Of a DNA stretch of 49,071 nucleotides, positions 17,951 to 26,963 are shown in pieces. The translations under genes and the position numbers were made by a program. Numbering within the stretch: the stretch's first letter is position 1; every line of letters begins with the position of its first letter. Under the pieces are notes generated by a model. The model worked only from the letters and a program-made list of their open reading frames with translations. It was not told where the DNA came from and made no database searches. The stretch lies in the sequence record SRR31156797_8627, one strand, 5' to 3'.

Positions 17951-18175
17951 ATTGAAAACAATTTTCATTTTCTCCTTGACCACACTCAGCCCAAAGCCTA
18001 TCTACTAATCGATTCTGATTCTCAATCCCGGCTTGGCAAGTATAAATTTCAAAAATGCATACAGCCATATGGGTTCAGCTCTGGTCACATTTTAATTGAA
18101 AATTAATTTCATTTTCTACTTGACGCATATTTCATACTTGGATAGTCAAGAATTCAGTTGACATTGATTTTCAAC
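17951..18175 (+). promoter_or_regulatory. Tandem Fur-box / sigma-70 promoter modules upstream of feoAB
   Basis: Four 19-bp boxes: attgaaaacaattttcatt (17951), atcgattctgattctcaat (18008), attgaaaattaatttcatt (18095), gttgacattgattttcaac (18157); TTGACC-17-TATCTA and TTGACG-17-TAGTCA. Confidence 0.75.
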
Positions 18176-18223
18176 TTCCAAATCACACATCAACACAACA
18201 GTCATTAATAAACGGAGACACAG

Positions 18224-18460
18224 ATGACTAAAAACATAAATCTTTCCAAGATACTTGAAGGCCGCACATACGCTGTTCTCGGTTTTGAAACCGAAACTTC
18301 CGATTACGCCCAGAAACTGCGCAAAATGGGTTTTATCGAAGGCACACAGATTACCCTCGCCCCGATCAAAATTTCTGATCCCATGATCTTTGAAATCCGC
18401 GGCAGCCGCGTGGCTCTGCGTAAGAATGAAGCAGACCAGATCAAGGTGGAGGAACTCTAG
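18224..18460 (+). CDS. feoA: Ferrous iron transport protein A
   Basis: KLRKMGFIEG..DPMIFEIRGSRVALRKNEA FeoA signature; upstream of feoB. Confidence 0.93.
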   Translation: MTKNINLSKILEGRTYAVLGFETETSDYAQKLRKMGFIEGTQITLAPIKISDPMIFEIRGSRVALRKNEADQIKVEEL

Positions 18461-18462
18461 TC

Positions 18463-20589
18463 ATGCATAAAATAGAAAGAATCGCCATCGCAGGTGTACC
18501 CAATAGCGGTAAAACCACCCTTTTTAATGCCCTGACCGGAGCGCGCCAGAAAGTTGGTAACTGGCCCGGAGTTACTGTTGAAAAAATCGAAGGTACTTTT
18601 TCCCTTTCCGGTACCAAGGTTGAGCTTGTAGATCTCCCCGGAACCTACAACCTGAGCCCTGATACCGAAGACCAGAAAGTTGCCGAGCGCGTGATCCGCA
18701 GCGGTGAATATGACATGATCGTCAACGTTGTGGATGCTACCAACCTTTCCCGCAACCTGTTCCTGACTATGGACCTTAAGGAACGTACCGACCAGATCGT
18801 CATCCTGCTGAACATGCTTGATGTTGCTGAAAGCGAAGGGATTGATATTGATGTAAAGAAACTCAGCAAAGAACTTGGTGTCGCGGTAATTCCAGTAGTT
18901 GCCGTTGATAAAGATTCTGTAGCAAAAGCGGTTGAAGCCCTTGCCAGAGAATCACAGAATCTCCCGGAACATGATTCACACCCCACCCGTCAGGAAGTGA
19001 TGGATACGGTTGAAAAATACAACCACATTGACAACATTTACAGCAAGGTCCTCAAAGAAAAGAAAGACCGCAGCCAGAACTTCACCAATAAGGTGGACAA
19101 CATCGTCATGAACAAGTTCGCGGCTATTCCCGTATTTCTTCTTTCCATGTTCCTGACCTTCTGGTTTGCCATTGGTCTCGGTTCTGTATTTATCGACTTT
19201 TTCGACATCATGGCCGGACTTGTTTTCATTGACATCCCTGCTGACCTGCTGGGCAAAATCGGTGCGCCTGAATGGATAACCGTAACCCTTGGCGGCATTG
19301 GAGCCGGTATCCAGACTGTTGCCACTTTCGTTCCGGTTGTATTCTTCATGTTCCTCGCGCTGGCGATCCTTGAAGATTTCGGCTACATGGCCCGCGTCGC
19401 TGTTGTCGCCGACCGCTTCATGCGTAAGATCGGCTTGCCCGGATCTGCATTCATCCCCATGGTTGTAGGCTTCGGTTGCACCGTGCCTGCGGTAATGTCC
19501 GCCAGAACCCTGACCTCCAAGCGCGACCGTTTCATGACCATTTTCATGGCTCCGTTCATGTCCTGCGGCGCACGCCTGCCTGTCTACGCACTCTTCTGCG
19601 TAGCCCTGTTCGGTGCATATTCCGGTCTGGCTGTATTCCTCATCTACCTCTCAGGTCTGGCTATGGCGATTTTCACTGGATTCCTGCTTAAAAATACTCT
19701 TTTCAAAGGCTCTCCGTCCCATTTTGTGATGGACCTTCCCCTTTACCACATTCCCAGAATCAGTGCGATTTTCAAAAGTGCATGGCTGCGCATGAAAGGT
19801 TTTGTTAAACGTGCGGGTGTCATCGTTGTAACCGCTGTATTCGTACTCTCCATGCTTAACTCCGTAGGTATCGACAACGGCAAACTGACCTTCGGCAACG
19901 AAGATTCCCAGAATTCCGTACTGTCTATCGCAGGAAAGTCCATCTCCCCCGTATTCAAGCCCATGGGCATTGAAGAAGAAAACTGGCCTGCATCCGTTGC
20001 CCTGTTCACCGGACTCTTCGCCAAAGAAGCAATAGTTGGCACTGTTAACTCTCTTTACGCATCGATGGATGACACTGCGGCCACAGCAGAGCCTGCTGCT
20101 GAAGGTGAAGAAGAAAGCGGACTCGATATCGGCGGAGCTGTTAACGAAGCGTTCGGTACTGTCATTGACGGTCTTGCTGGAATCGTAACATCTGTTGACC
20201 TACTCGGAATCGGGCTGATCAGTGAAGACAGCGCAACCGTCTCCGAAGAAATCGGCGCAGATGCATCTGTATACAAACACCTTGCGGCCAACTTCACCGT
20301 GTACTCCGCATTCGCCTACCTGCTCTTCGTACTCATGTACTTCCCCTGCCTTGCGGTAATCGGGGCAACCAGACAGGAAATGGGCGGATTCTACTCCGGT
20401 GTTATGGCAATGTACTGCACTGCTCTGGGCTGGTCCGTAGCAACCCTGTTCTACCAGATCGCAAAAGGCAGAAATCCTGTTTACGCAGGAATCGCCATTG
20501 CTATCCTTGCCGGAATTTACGCAACACTGAAATATCTGGGCAACAAGGAATCAGAAAAACTGGATGGATTACAACCTTTGAATCTGTAA
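18463..20589 (+). CDS. feoB: Ferrous iron transport protein B
   Basis: GVPNSGKTT, GNWPGVTVE, DLPG, NMLD GTPase motifs; GFGCTVPA, PFMSCGARLP, YFPC. Confidence 0.97.
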   Translation: MHKIERIAIAGVPNSGKTTLFNALTGARQKVGNWPGVTVEKIEGTFSLSGTKVELVDLPGTYNLSPDTEDQKVAERVIRSGEYDMIVNVVDATNLSRNLFLTMDLKERTDQIVILLNMLDVAESEGIDIDVKKLSKELGVAVIPVVAVDKDSVAKAVEALARESQNLPEHDSHPTRQEVMDTVEKYNHIDNIYSKVLKEKKDRSQNFTNKVDNIVMNKFAAIPVFLLSMFLTFWFAIGLGSVFIDFFDIMAGLVFIDIPADLLGKIGAPEWITVTLGGIGAGIQTVATFVPVVFFMFLALAILEDFGYMARVAVVADRFMRKIGLPGSAFIPMVVGFGCTVPAVMSARTLTSKRDRFMTIFMAPFMSCGARLPVYALFCVALFGAYSGLAVFLIYLSGLAMAIFTGFLLKNTLFKGSPSHFVMDLPLYHIPRISAIFKSAWLRMKGFVKRAGVIVVTAVFVLSMLNSVGIDNGKLTFGNEDSQNSVLSIAGKSISPVFKPMGIEEENWPASVALFTGLFAKEAIVGTVNSLYASMDDTAATAEPAAEGEEESGLDIGGAVNEAFGTVIDGLAGIVTSVDLLGIGLISEDSATVSEEIGADASVYKHLAANFTVYSAFAYLLFVLMYFPCLAVIGATRQEMGGFYSGVMAMYCTALGWSVATLFYQIAKGRNPVYAGIAIAILAGIYATLKYLGNKESEKLDGLQPLNL

Positions 20590-20611
20590 AACTACATCTA
20601 ACAATACCATT

Positions 20612-20655
20612 AAAAAAAAGGCGGAGAATCTTTAAGATTCTCCGCCCTTTCTTTT
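20612..20655. terminator. Bidirectional terminator
   Basis: ggcggagaatct/agattctccgcc with A run left and T-rich right, between convergent genes. Confidence 0.88.
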
Positions 20656-20660
20656 ATTTA

Positions 20661-21782
20661 TTAACGGGGTGTCACATCCTCAATATCCTGAACTTTTTGT
20701 TTATCCAAAGCAAAACGTTTGAGCCCTGACTTGGATGGTACAAAATTCACCTTTTTAAGGTCTACCATCCGAACCTTCCGGTTATGCTGGGTATGATAAT
20801 AAAGTTTAAGATTCTTTGTGTCAGAGACAATTGTCCAAATTGTCGAACTTCGCATTCCCTTCAAGAGTTCAGGATTAGAATCCGGTCCTTCAGCAGCACC
20901 TAAAGGCAAATTAAAATTATCCAGAATTCTAAACACCTCATAAACAGTTTCATCTCCATTCGGAGTCTTACGCGCTGTCTGGGTGAAAGCAACAGCACGC
21001 ACAAAACGTGAAGGTGGAGTGTAATCGCCCGGAAGTCCCAAAAGTCCCGTACCGGCCCCAATAGGACTAAAATCAGTATTTTCGATCTTTTTGGTTGGTA
21101 ATGCTACTGCTGACAGGTTTATATAGTTACGCAGATTAGTCATATGCCAGTCAAAAGAAGGAGAATTAGTCAGCACCCGCAGTGGGTTATCAAAAACATT
21201 CAGTTTTCCTTTAATATATTGAACCACAATGCCTTTACCGCTCTTGTCAACCACAGTTAAATGTATAGGAGCGGGGATATTTCCGAGAGCTGGCTCAGGC
21301 ACAGGTACGACGCGAATATGCTTTAACCCCTTGCGCACTTCATCCACTGTAGCAAATTGCGAAAGCACAAAGTTTGCCATCTCAAGCGGCCCCAATGAAA
21401 TTGAAGCCTTAGAAGGTTCATAAGTTTGAAACTCTGCAAATCCTGGAAGATACAAAGCACCGACCACGAGACCTTTCTCATTCATGCCATCGGTGAAATA
21501 GTCTTTTTTAAGGGCATCAAGTGCAACAAAGCCATACTTACTTTTCCATTTATAACCATTTATGCCATCAGTGGTATGGCCTTGAAATTGATACCCCCGG
21601 GGCACCACCACAAGCCGGGAGTTCAAGTCAAAAGCCCCCCACTCCATGGTGCGTCCGTAAACAGCTGCTCCGTCCTCTGCCATCAAAACTATACTCGTAC
21701 AGGCATTGGAATATCCATGGCAAAACAAGACACTTACAACTATTGCAAAACAAAAAATAAATACGCGATTAATTACCTTCAT
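20661..21782 (-). CDS. Secreted choloylglycine hydrolase / penicillin V acylase family Ntn hydrolase
   Basis: Signal peptide ending SNA then nucleophile CT; GRTMEW, DGMNEKGL, LTNSP, LPGDYTPPSRFVRA; AAGGAG SD before ATG 21782. Confidence 0.92.
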   Translation of the reverse strand: MKVINRVFIFCFAIVVSVLFCHGYSNACTSIVLMAEDGAAVYGRTMEWGAFDLNSRLVVVPRGYQFQGHTTDGINGYKWKSKYGFVALDALKKDYFTDGMNEKGLVVGALYLPGFAEFQTYEPSKASISLGPLEMANFVLSQFATVDEVRKGLKHIRVVPVPEPALGNIPAPIHLTVVDKSGKGIVVQYIKGKLNVFDNPLRVLTNSPSFDWHMTNLRNYINLSAVALPTKKIENTDFSPIGAGTGLLGLPGDYTPPSRFVRAVAFTQTARKTPNGDETVYEVFRILDNFNLPLGAAEGPDSNPELLKGMRSSTIWTIVSDTKNLKLYYHTQHNRKVRMVDLKKVNFVPSKSGLKRFALDKQKVQDIEDVTPR

Positions 21783-21873
21783 ATAATTCTCCTTCACCAT
21801 CCCTAAACAGTAAATAACAACTTTTAACCCCACTATTACGCAGTAGGTTATTTTTGGTCAAAGACATTTTAAC

Positions 21874-21908
21874 AAAAAAGCCCCGCTACCATCAGGCAGC
21901 AGGGCTTT
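21874..21908 (-). terminator. Terminator of the nuo-like operon
   Basis: aaagccc-cgct/agc-agggcttt stem with A6 on plus strand. Confidence 0.7.
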
Positions 21909-21938
21909 CATCTAATTTCAATAAGTTACAAATAAATC

Positions 21939-23360
21939 TTACGGCACAACACTCCCCACCTTCAAAGCGAAATCAAATACGCCGGCAGGCATCATACCCA
22001 AACCAAGTACCAGCAGGGAAAGCAATGCCGCACCTGCGAAGCTGAATGCGGAGGTATCAGGTAAGGGGGTGCCTTCAACTGCATCCTTGGTATAAGCATG
22101 GCGAACCATTCCCAGATAATAGTAAATGGAAATAGCGGTGTTGATCCCGGCGATAATGATCAGCCAGTTGTAACCATGATTCCACCCGGAGGAGAACAGG
22201 AACAGCTTACCCATGAATCCAGCCATGGGCGGCAAGCCGACCAGCGCGAATGACCCCACAGCCAGCGCAAAAGCAAGGGCCGGGGCGCGTTTGTGCAATC
22301 CGTTGAGGTCGTCCAATTGCAGATTACGTCCATCTACAGAAACGCGACTGACTACCCAGAAACAGGTCAGGTTCATAGCCACGTAGGCAAGTGCGTAAAA
22401 TGATGCTGCTGCAAGTCCTTCCGCAGTGCCGGAGATGAGGCCGATCATTATATAGCCTGCATGGGCTACAGATGAGTACCCGAGGATGCGCTTTACATCC
22501 CGCTGGACCAGCGCAGCAAGGTTACCGAAGGTCATGGATAAGGCCCCGAGTACAGCAATCACGGTAGTGATGTCGTAACCGGGCTTGAACATGGCTGCGA
22601 GACGAATCAGAATAACCACCGCACCAAGCTTGGGCAGAGTTGCCACAAAGGCTGCAGTTTCATTGCTCGCACCTTCATAAACATCCGGGCACCAGAAGTG
22701 AAACGGGAACAGGGCCAGCTTGTAAAACATGCCCAGCAGGAAGAGGGCCATGCCGGTTACGGCCATGGGTGCGGCCTCAAAGGACCATGTCTTCTGAACC
22801 AGTTCCGCAAGGTAAGTGGTGTGCATCCCGGCGAGGATGTAAGAAAAACCGTACAATGCCACTGCGGTAGAAACCGCACCAAACATGATGTACTTGATTG
22901 CCGCTTCCGCCGCGCCCTTGTCCTTGGCCCGCAATGCGATGATGGCATAGAGAGCATAGGAGGAAAGTTCCAGCGCAAGGTACATGGTAATAAGTTCCAC
23001 AGATGATGCGAGCATCATGAGTCCCCATGCGCTGATAGCGAGAAACAAAAAGTAATCGGATCTTTTTTCAGTTTCCAACGTTGGCTGACGGGTGGCGTTA
23101 AAGATAGTCACGCTGAAACCTATTGCAATGGCAACCTTGAAGAACTGCGACAGCGGATCAACCTGATAGGCCCCATGAAAGAACAAGCCTTCCTGCCCGA
23201 CGGAAAGCAGAGACACTGCAATCGGCAAAAGAGACGCAATGGGCAGCCAGACCCCGACCTTATGGCGCATCCGCTCACTGCCCACCGCCTGCACGAACAA
23301 CAGGGCAATGATCAGGAACATGGAAAGTTCCGGCATGAAAGGATATGGATTCACATTCAT
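21939..23360 (-). CDS. nuoN: NADH-quinone oxidoreductase subunit N-like
   Basis: LELSS, EAAIKY, KLALFPFHFWCPDVYEGA, KRILGYSSVAHAGY, GLPPMAGFMGK. Confidence 0.92.
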   Translation of the reverse strand: MNVNPYPFMPELSMFLIIALLFVQAVGSERMRHKVGVWLPIASLLPIAVSLLSVGQEGLFFHGAYQVDPLSQFFKVAIAIGFSVTIFNATRQPTLETEKRSDYFLFLAISAWGLMMLASSVELITMYLALELSSYALYAIIALRAKDKGAAEAAIKYIMFGAVSTAVALYGFSYILAGMHTTYLAELVQKTWSFEAAPMAVTGMALFLLGMFYKLALFPFHFWCPDVYEGASNETAAFVATLPKLGAVVILIRLAAMFKPGYDITTVIAVLGALSMTFGNLAALVQRDVKRILGYSSVAHAGYIMIGLISGTAEGLAAASFYALAYVAMNLTCFWVVSRVSVDGRNLQLDDLNGLHKRAPALAFALAVGSFALVGLPPMAGFMGKLFLFSSGWNHGYNWLIIIAGINTAISIYYYLGMVRHAYTKDAVEGTPLPDTSAFSFAGAALLSLLVLGLGMMPAGVFDFALKVGSVVP

Positions 23361-23378
23361 TTCAATATCTCCTGTTGT

Positions 23379-24914
23379 CTATTTCACGATTCCCTTAAGG
23401 GAATTGAATGCCATTTGCAGCGGATCTTCCTTTTGGATGGAAACAATCTTAGCTCCTTCCTTCACGTCCTTCTCCAACTTAATGAGCGAGGCATCCATGA
23501 CCTTGAAACAAAGGCCCGGAGCCAGACCGATATAAAGGACAAACACCGCCGGAACGACCAGATAAGTCCACTCGCGCAAATTGAGATCAGGCCACTGCTT
23601 CCAAGAAGTGGGACGGCCCCAAGCCAGCTTAAGGGAAACACGCAACATGTAGGCAGCGGCAACCATGGCTCCGGGCACCATAAGTGCGCCGATCCATGGA
23701 TTCTGTTCAAACGCGCCCACGAAGACGAGGATTTCGCCCACAAAGCTGTTAGTTCCGGGAAACCCGAAGGAGGACAACGCGAACAGCCCCCAGAAGAACA
23801 TGTAAGCGGGCATGTATTTACCGAGCCCGAGGTTATCCCCAAGTTCGCGGCTGTGGCTGCGTTCGTAGACGGCCCCGATCATCATAAACAGACCGCCGGT
23901 GGTGATACCGTGGTTGAGCATCTGAAAGAGCGCCCCTTCCAATCCACGTTGATTGAAAAGGAAAATGCCAAGAGTGACGAATCCCATATGGCCCACGGAT
24001 GAGTAGGCGATAACTTTTTTAATATCGTTCTGCCCGAGAGCCACAATTCCGCCATATAGAATTCCGGCAATGGAAATGGCAATCATGAACGGGGCAAAGT
24101 ATTCACTGGCCGCCGGGGTAAGTGGTAAATTGAAGCGCAGAAAACCGTAAGTTCCCATTTTCAAAAGCACGGAGGCCAGAATGACCGATCCGGCAGTTGG
24201 TGCCTGTACGTGCGCGGCAGGAAGCCAAGTATGAAATGGGAACATGGGAACCTTGATGGCGAATGCCAAAGCAAGAGCCAAGAAAGCCCAGAACTGGAAG
24301 CTGAAAGTAAAATTCTGCTCCATAAGTTCCGGTATGGCAAAGGTTCCACCTGCAACCCTGAAGGCAACAATTGCCACCAACAGCAGTGCCGAACCAGCAA
24401 GGGTGTAAAGGAAGAACTTAAGAGATGCGTAACGCTTCTCAGGTCCACCCCAAACCGCGATGAGCAAGTACATGGGGACCAGCATGGCTTCCCAAAAGAC
24501 ATAAAAAAGAACCAGATCAAGGGCAGTAAAAACTCCCACACAGGCCGCAGTCATAAACAGCAGACAAAAGTGGAATTCCTTGACCCTTGTTTGAATGTAG
24601 TTCCAAGAACAGAGCACGCAGAGCGGCAGCACAGCGATGGTCAGTACCACCATGAGGAAACTGATACCATCCGTACCAAGGTAATATTCCACCCCCCACT
24701 GCTTAACCCAATCCATGCGTTCCACAAACTGGAAAGCTGCGGATTCAAGCTTAAATCCGGCAAAGAGCGGAAACGAGAGTGCGAGTTCTATAATCGACAC
24801 GCCCAGCGTGTAGACCCTGATGGTATTATCCCCCCGGAGGAAGAAAAGCCCCAAGGCCGCCAGCAGCGGAAAGAACACGAGGACAGTCAGAACAGGATAA
24901 GCGAATTCTTGCAT
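23379..24914 (-). CDS. nuoM: NADH-quinone oxidoreductase subunit M-like
   Basis: FYVFWEAMLVPMY, AIKVPMFPFHTWLPAAHVQAP, LLKMGTYG, AYSSVGHMG, PGTNSFVGE. Confidence 0.93.
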   Translation of the reverse strand: MQEFAYPVLTVLVFFPLLAALGLFFLRGDNTIRVYTLGVSIIELALSFPLFAGFKLESAAFQFVERMDWVKQWGVEYYLGTDGISFLMVVLTIAVLPLCVLCSWNYIQTRVKEFHFCLLFMTAACVGVFTALDLVLFYVFWEAMLVPMYLLIAVWGGPEKRYASLKFFLYTLAGSALLLVAIVAFRVAGGTFAIPELMEQNFTFSFQFWAFLALALAFAIKVPMFPFHTWLPAAHVQAPTAGSVILASVLLKMGTYGFLRFNLPLTPAASEYFAPFMIAISIAGILYGGIVALGQNDIKKVIAYSSVGHMGFVTLGIFLFNQRGLEGALFQMLNHGITTGGLFMMIGAVYERSHSRELGDNLGLGKYMPAYMFFWGLFALSSFGFPGTNSFVGEILVFVGAFEQNPWIGALMVPGAMVAAAYMLRVSLKLAWGRPTSWKQWPDLNLREWTYLVVPAVFVLYIGLAPGLCFKVMDASLIKLEKDVKEGAKIVSIQKEDPLQMAFNSLKGIVK

Positions 24915-24929
24915 TGTATTCTCTCCCCT

Positions 24930-26705
24930 TTATCCGAAGTACCAGACTAAACCGTAGACACAGAGCGCGATGAACACAGCCATCCCGAGGTAATCCTGCA
25001 AACGCCCAGTCTGTATCTTAGCCCCGGTCTTTCCGATATTACGCACGGTATAGGCGGTGCCATCCACCACGGTATCAATACCTTTGCGGTCAAACCATGA
25101 TGATCCGGCAGCAGAATCCATCAGCCACTTAAGACCGATAACCCGATACACAGTGGTCCAGATTGAGTCAGCCCATGCGATGGGACGACAAACCAGGAGC
25201 AGCCCCATGTTGCCGATGAAGCGGTAAAGCTTGTCGAAATCAAGATTACGTCCGTGATGCGGTATGATGACCTTACGCATGATCCAGAACCCAGCCCCGG
25301 TAAATGCCAGCAGCATGGAAGCCTGCAGGAGATGCCACGGGGTGTAGGGGTGATAGTCCACCGGGAAAGGCAGCAACTTGTATAACATCTGCGGATAAAC
25401 GCCCTGAGCAAAGCAGAGAAAAGCCGCAATGCCCATGGCTACATACATATTTTTAGGAATCGGATTAAGCTTAATATCCGTCTTAGCCGGCTTGTTCCAG
25501 AAAGCGAAGTACGGAAGCTTAATGCCTACCGAAAGGAACGTACCCACTGCGGCAATTTCAAGTCCTACAGCAAGCAGGGTATGATGTGCTTCCGCTGCCC
25601 CGGTAATGGTCATGGTCTTACTGATAAATCCATTAAAGAACGGCATACCGGAAATGGAAACCGCCCCGACCATGTACAGGAGCATGACCACCGGCATCTT
25701 CCCGACCAGCCCGCCGAGACGGTCAAGATCGGCAGAGCCTACTGCGTAGAGGATTGTACCTACACTCATGAAAAGCAAACCTTTATACAGAATATGAGCA
25801 TAAGCATGAGCTACTGCGCCGTTCAGACACATAGCAGTACCGATACCGATACCCGCGACCATATAACCGACCTGCGAAACAATATGATAGGAAAGAATCC
25901 TGCGCGCATTGTTCTCCATGGACGCGTAAAGCACTCCGTAGACCGCCATGAATGTTCCGGCGACAGCCAGAGCATAGACCCCGGAGAATCCACGCGCCAG
26001 AACGTAAACGGCTGTCTTGGTTGTAAAGGCACACATAAAAACCGCGCCGGGAATGGTAGCTTCGGGGTAGGCATCAGGCAGCCATGCATGCAGAGGCACA
26101 ACGGCGGCGTTGACGCAGAATCCGATCAAGATCAGCCAGTCGTAGTATTCCATGCCCTGCGGGTCCACGGGGAGGAAGGCGAAAGTACCGATCTCGGAGT
26201 AGCGAAGCAAAAGTCCACCGAGCAGGAAAAGACCGCCGAGCATATGGAACAGGAAGTACCTGAAACCCGCTGCACTGGAAGTCTTGGTGCGGTGCAGCCA
26301 GACCAAAAAAGTGGATGCAACAGCCATGAGTTCCCAAAAGATAAACAAGGACAGATAATCACCGGCAAAGACACAACCGAATGATCCGGCAACATAGAGG
26401 GCTGCCGCAGCATGGTGCGCTTTGTCATCCATGTGCAAAGCATAGATCATACCGATGAGCGACTGGATGGCAAAGACGTTGGCAAAGACCAGCGAAAGTT
26501 TATCCACTCTACCCAGAACCAACACATTGCCAAGATATGGAATCACCCCGAAATTACCCAAGGTAGCGGTAAAGACCACCACAATAGCAATCACGGGCGG
26601 TATGAGCAGGAACCATTTCCACTGCTTGCCCCGGAAGAACGGCAGAGCCATTGCCAGAGCGATAAAAGCCAGTGCGGGATGGAGAAAACCGTTAAGCGTC
26701 ATCAT
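24930..26705 (-). CDS. Antiporter-like subunit (MrpD/NuoL-type) with NuoL-like C-terminal tail
   Basis: FWELMA, PLHAWLPDAYPEA, HAYAHILYKGLLF, GFISK; C-terminal FDRKGIDTVVDG...QTGRLQDY resembles the NuoL/MrpA lateral-helix end. Confidence 0.85.
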   Translation of the reverse strand: MMTLNGFLHPALAFIALAMALPFFRGKQWKWFLLIPPVIAIVVVFTATLGNFGVIPYLGNVLVLGRVDKLSLVFANVFAIQSLIGMIYALHMDDKAHHAAAALYVAGSFGCVFAGDYLSLFIFWELMAVASTFLVWLHRTKTSSAAGFRYFLFHMLGGLFLLGGLLLRYSEIGTFAFLPVDPQGMEYYDWLILIGFCVNAAVVPLHAWLPDAYPEATIPGAVFMCAFTTKTAVYVLARGFSGVYALAVAGTFMAVYGVLYASMENNARRILSYHIVSQVGYMVAGIGIGTAMCLNGAVAHAYAHILYKGLLFMSVGTILYAVGSADLDRLGGLVGKMPVVMLLYMVGAVSISGMPFFNGFISKTMTITGAAEAHHTLLAVGLEIAAVGTFLSVGIKLPYFAFWNKPAKTDIKLNPIPKNMYVAMGIAAFLCFAQGVYPQMLYKLLPFPVDYHPYTPWHLLQASMLLAFTGAGFWIMRKVIIPHHGRNLDFDKLYRFIGNMGLLLVCRPIAWADSIWTTVYRVIGLKWLMDSAAGSSWFDRKGIDTVVDGTAYTVRNIGKTGAKIQTGRLQDYLGMAVFIALCVYGLVWYFG

Positions 26706-26952
26706 CTTCCTCCGGTCCTACAAGAAAAGGTTGAATGAGTACTTTCATCAGGAAGACCATGCCTACCGATACAACCAAAGCAAACAGCTCCCAGAAGCCG
26801 GGATAAATATCATAATGATATTCAGCATGATGCGGATGGATGAACAAATTAAGGACCACCAGCAGCACTAGGAAGCCTGCAAACAATATCTTCCAGAACT
26901 TCATTTTCTGTGTGCGCTGGGTTTCGAACCAGTTTCCAAGTTTTTCGATCAT
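26692..26952 (-). CDS. Small 2-TM membrane protein within the complex-I-like operon
   Basis: 86 aa, two hydrophobic segments flanking HPHHAEYHYD; AAGGAG SD; stop region overlaps the next gene. Confidence 0.8.
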   Translation of the reverse strand: MIEKLGNWFETQRTQKMKFWKILFAGFLVLLVVLNLFIHPHHAEYHYDIYPGFWELFALVVSVGMVFLMKVLIQPFLVGPEEDDDA

Positions 26953-26963
26953 GGCGGTTCTCC

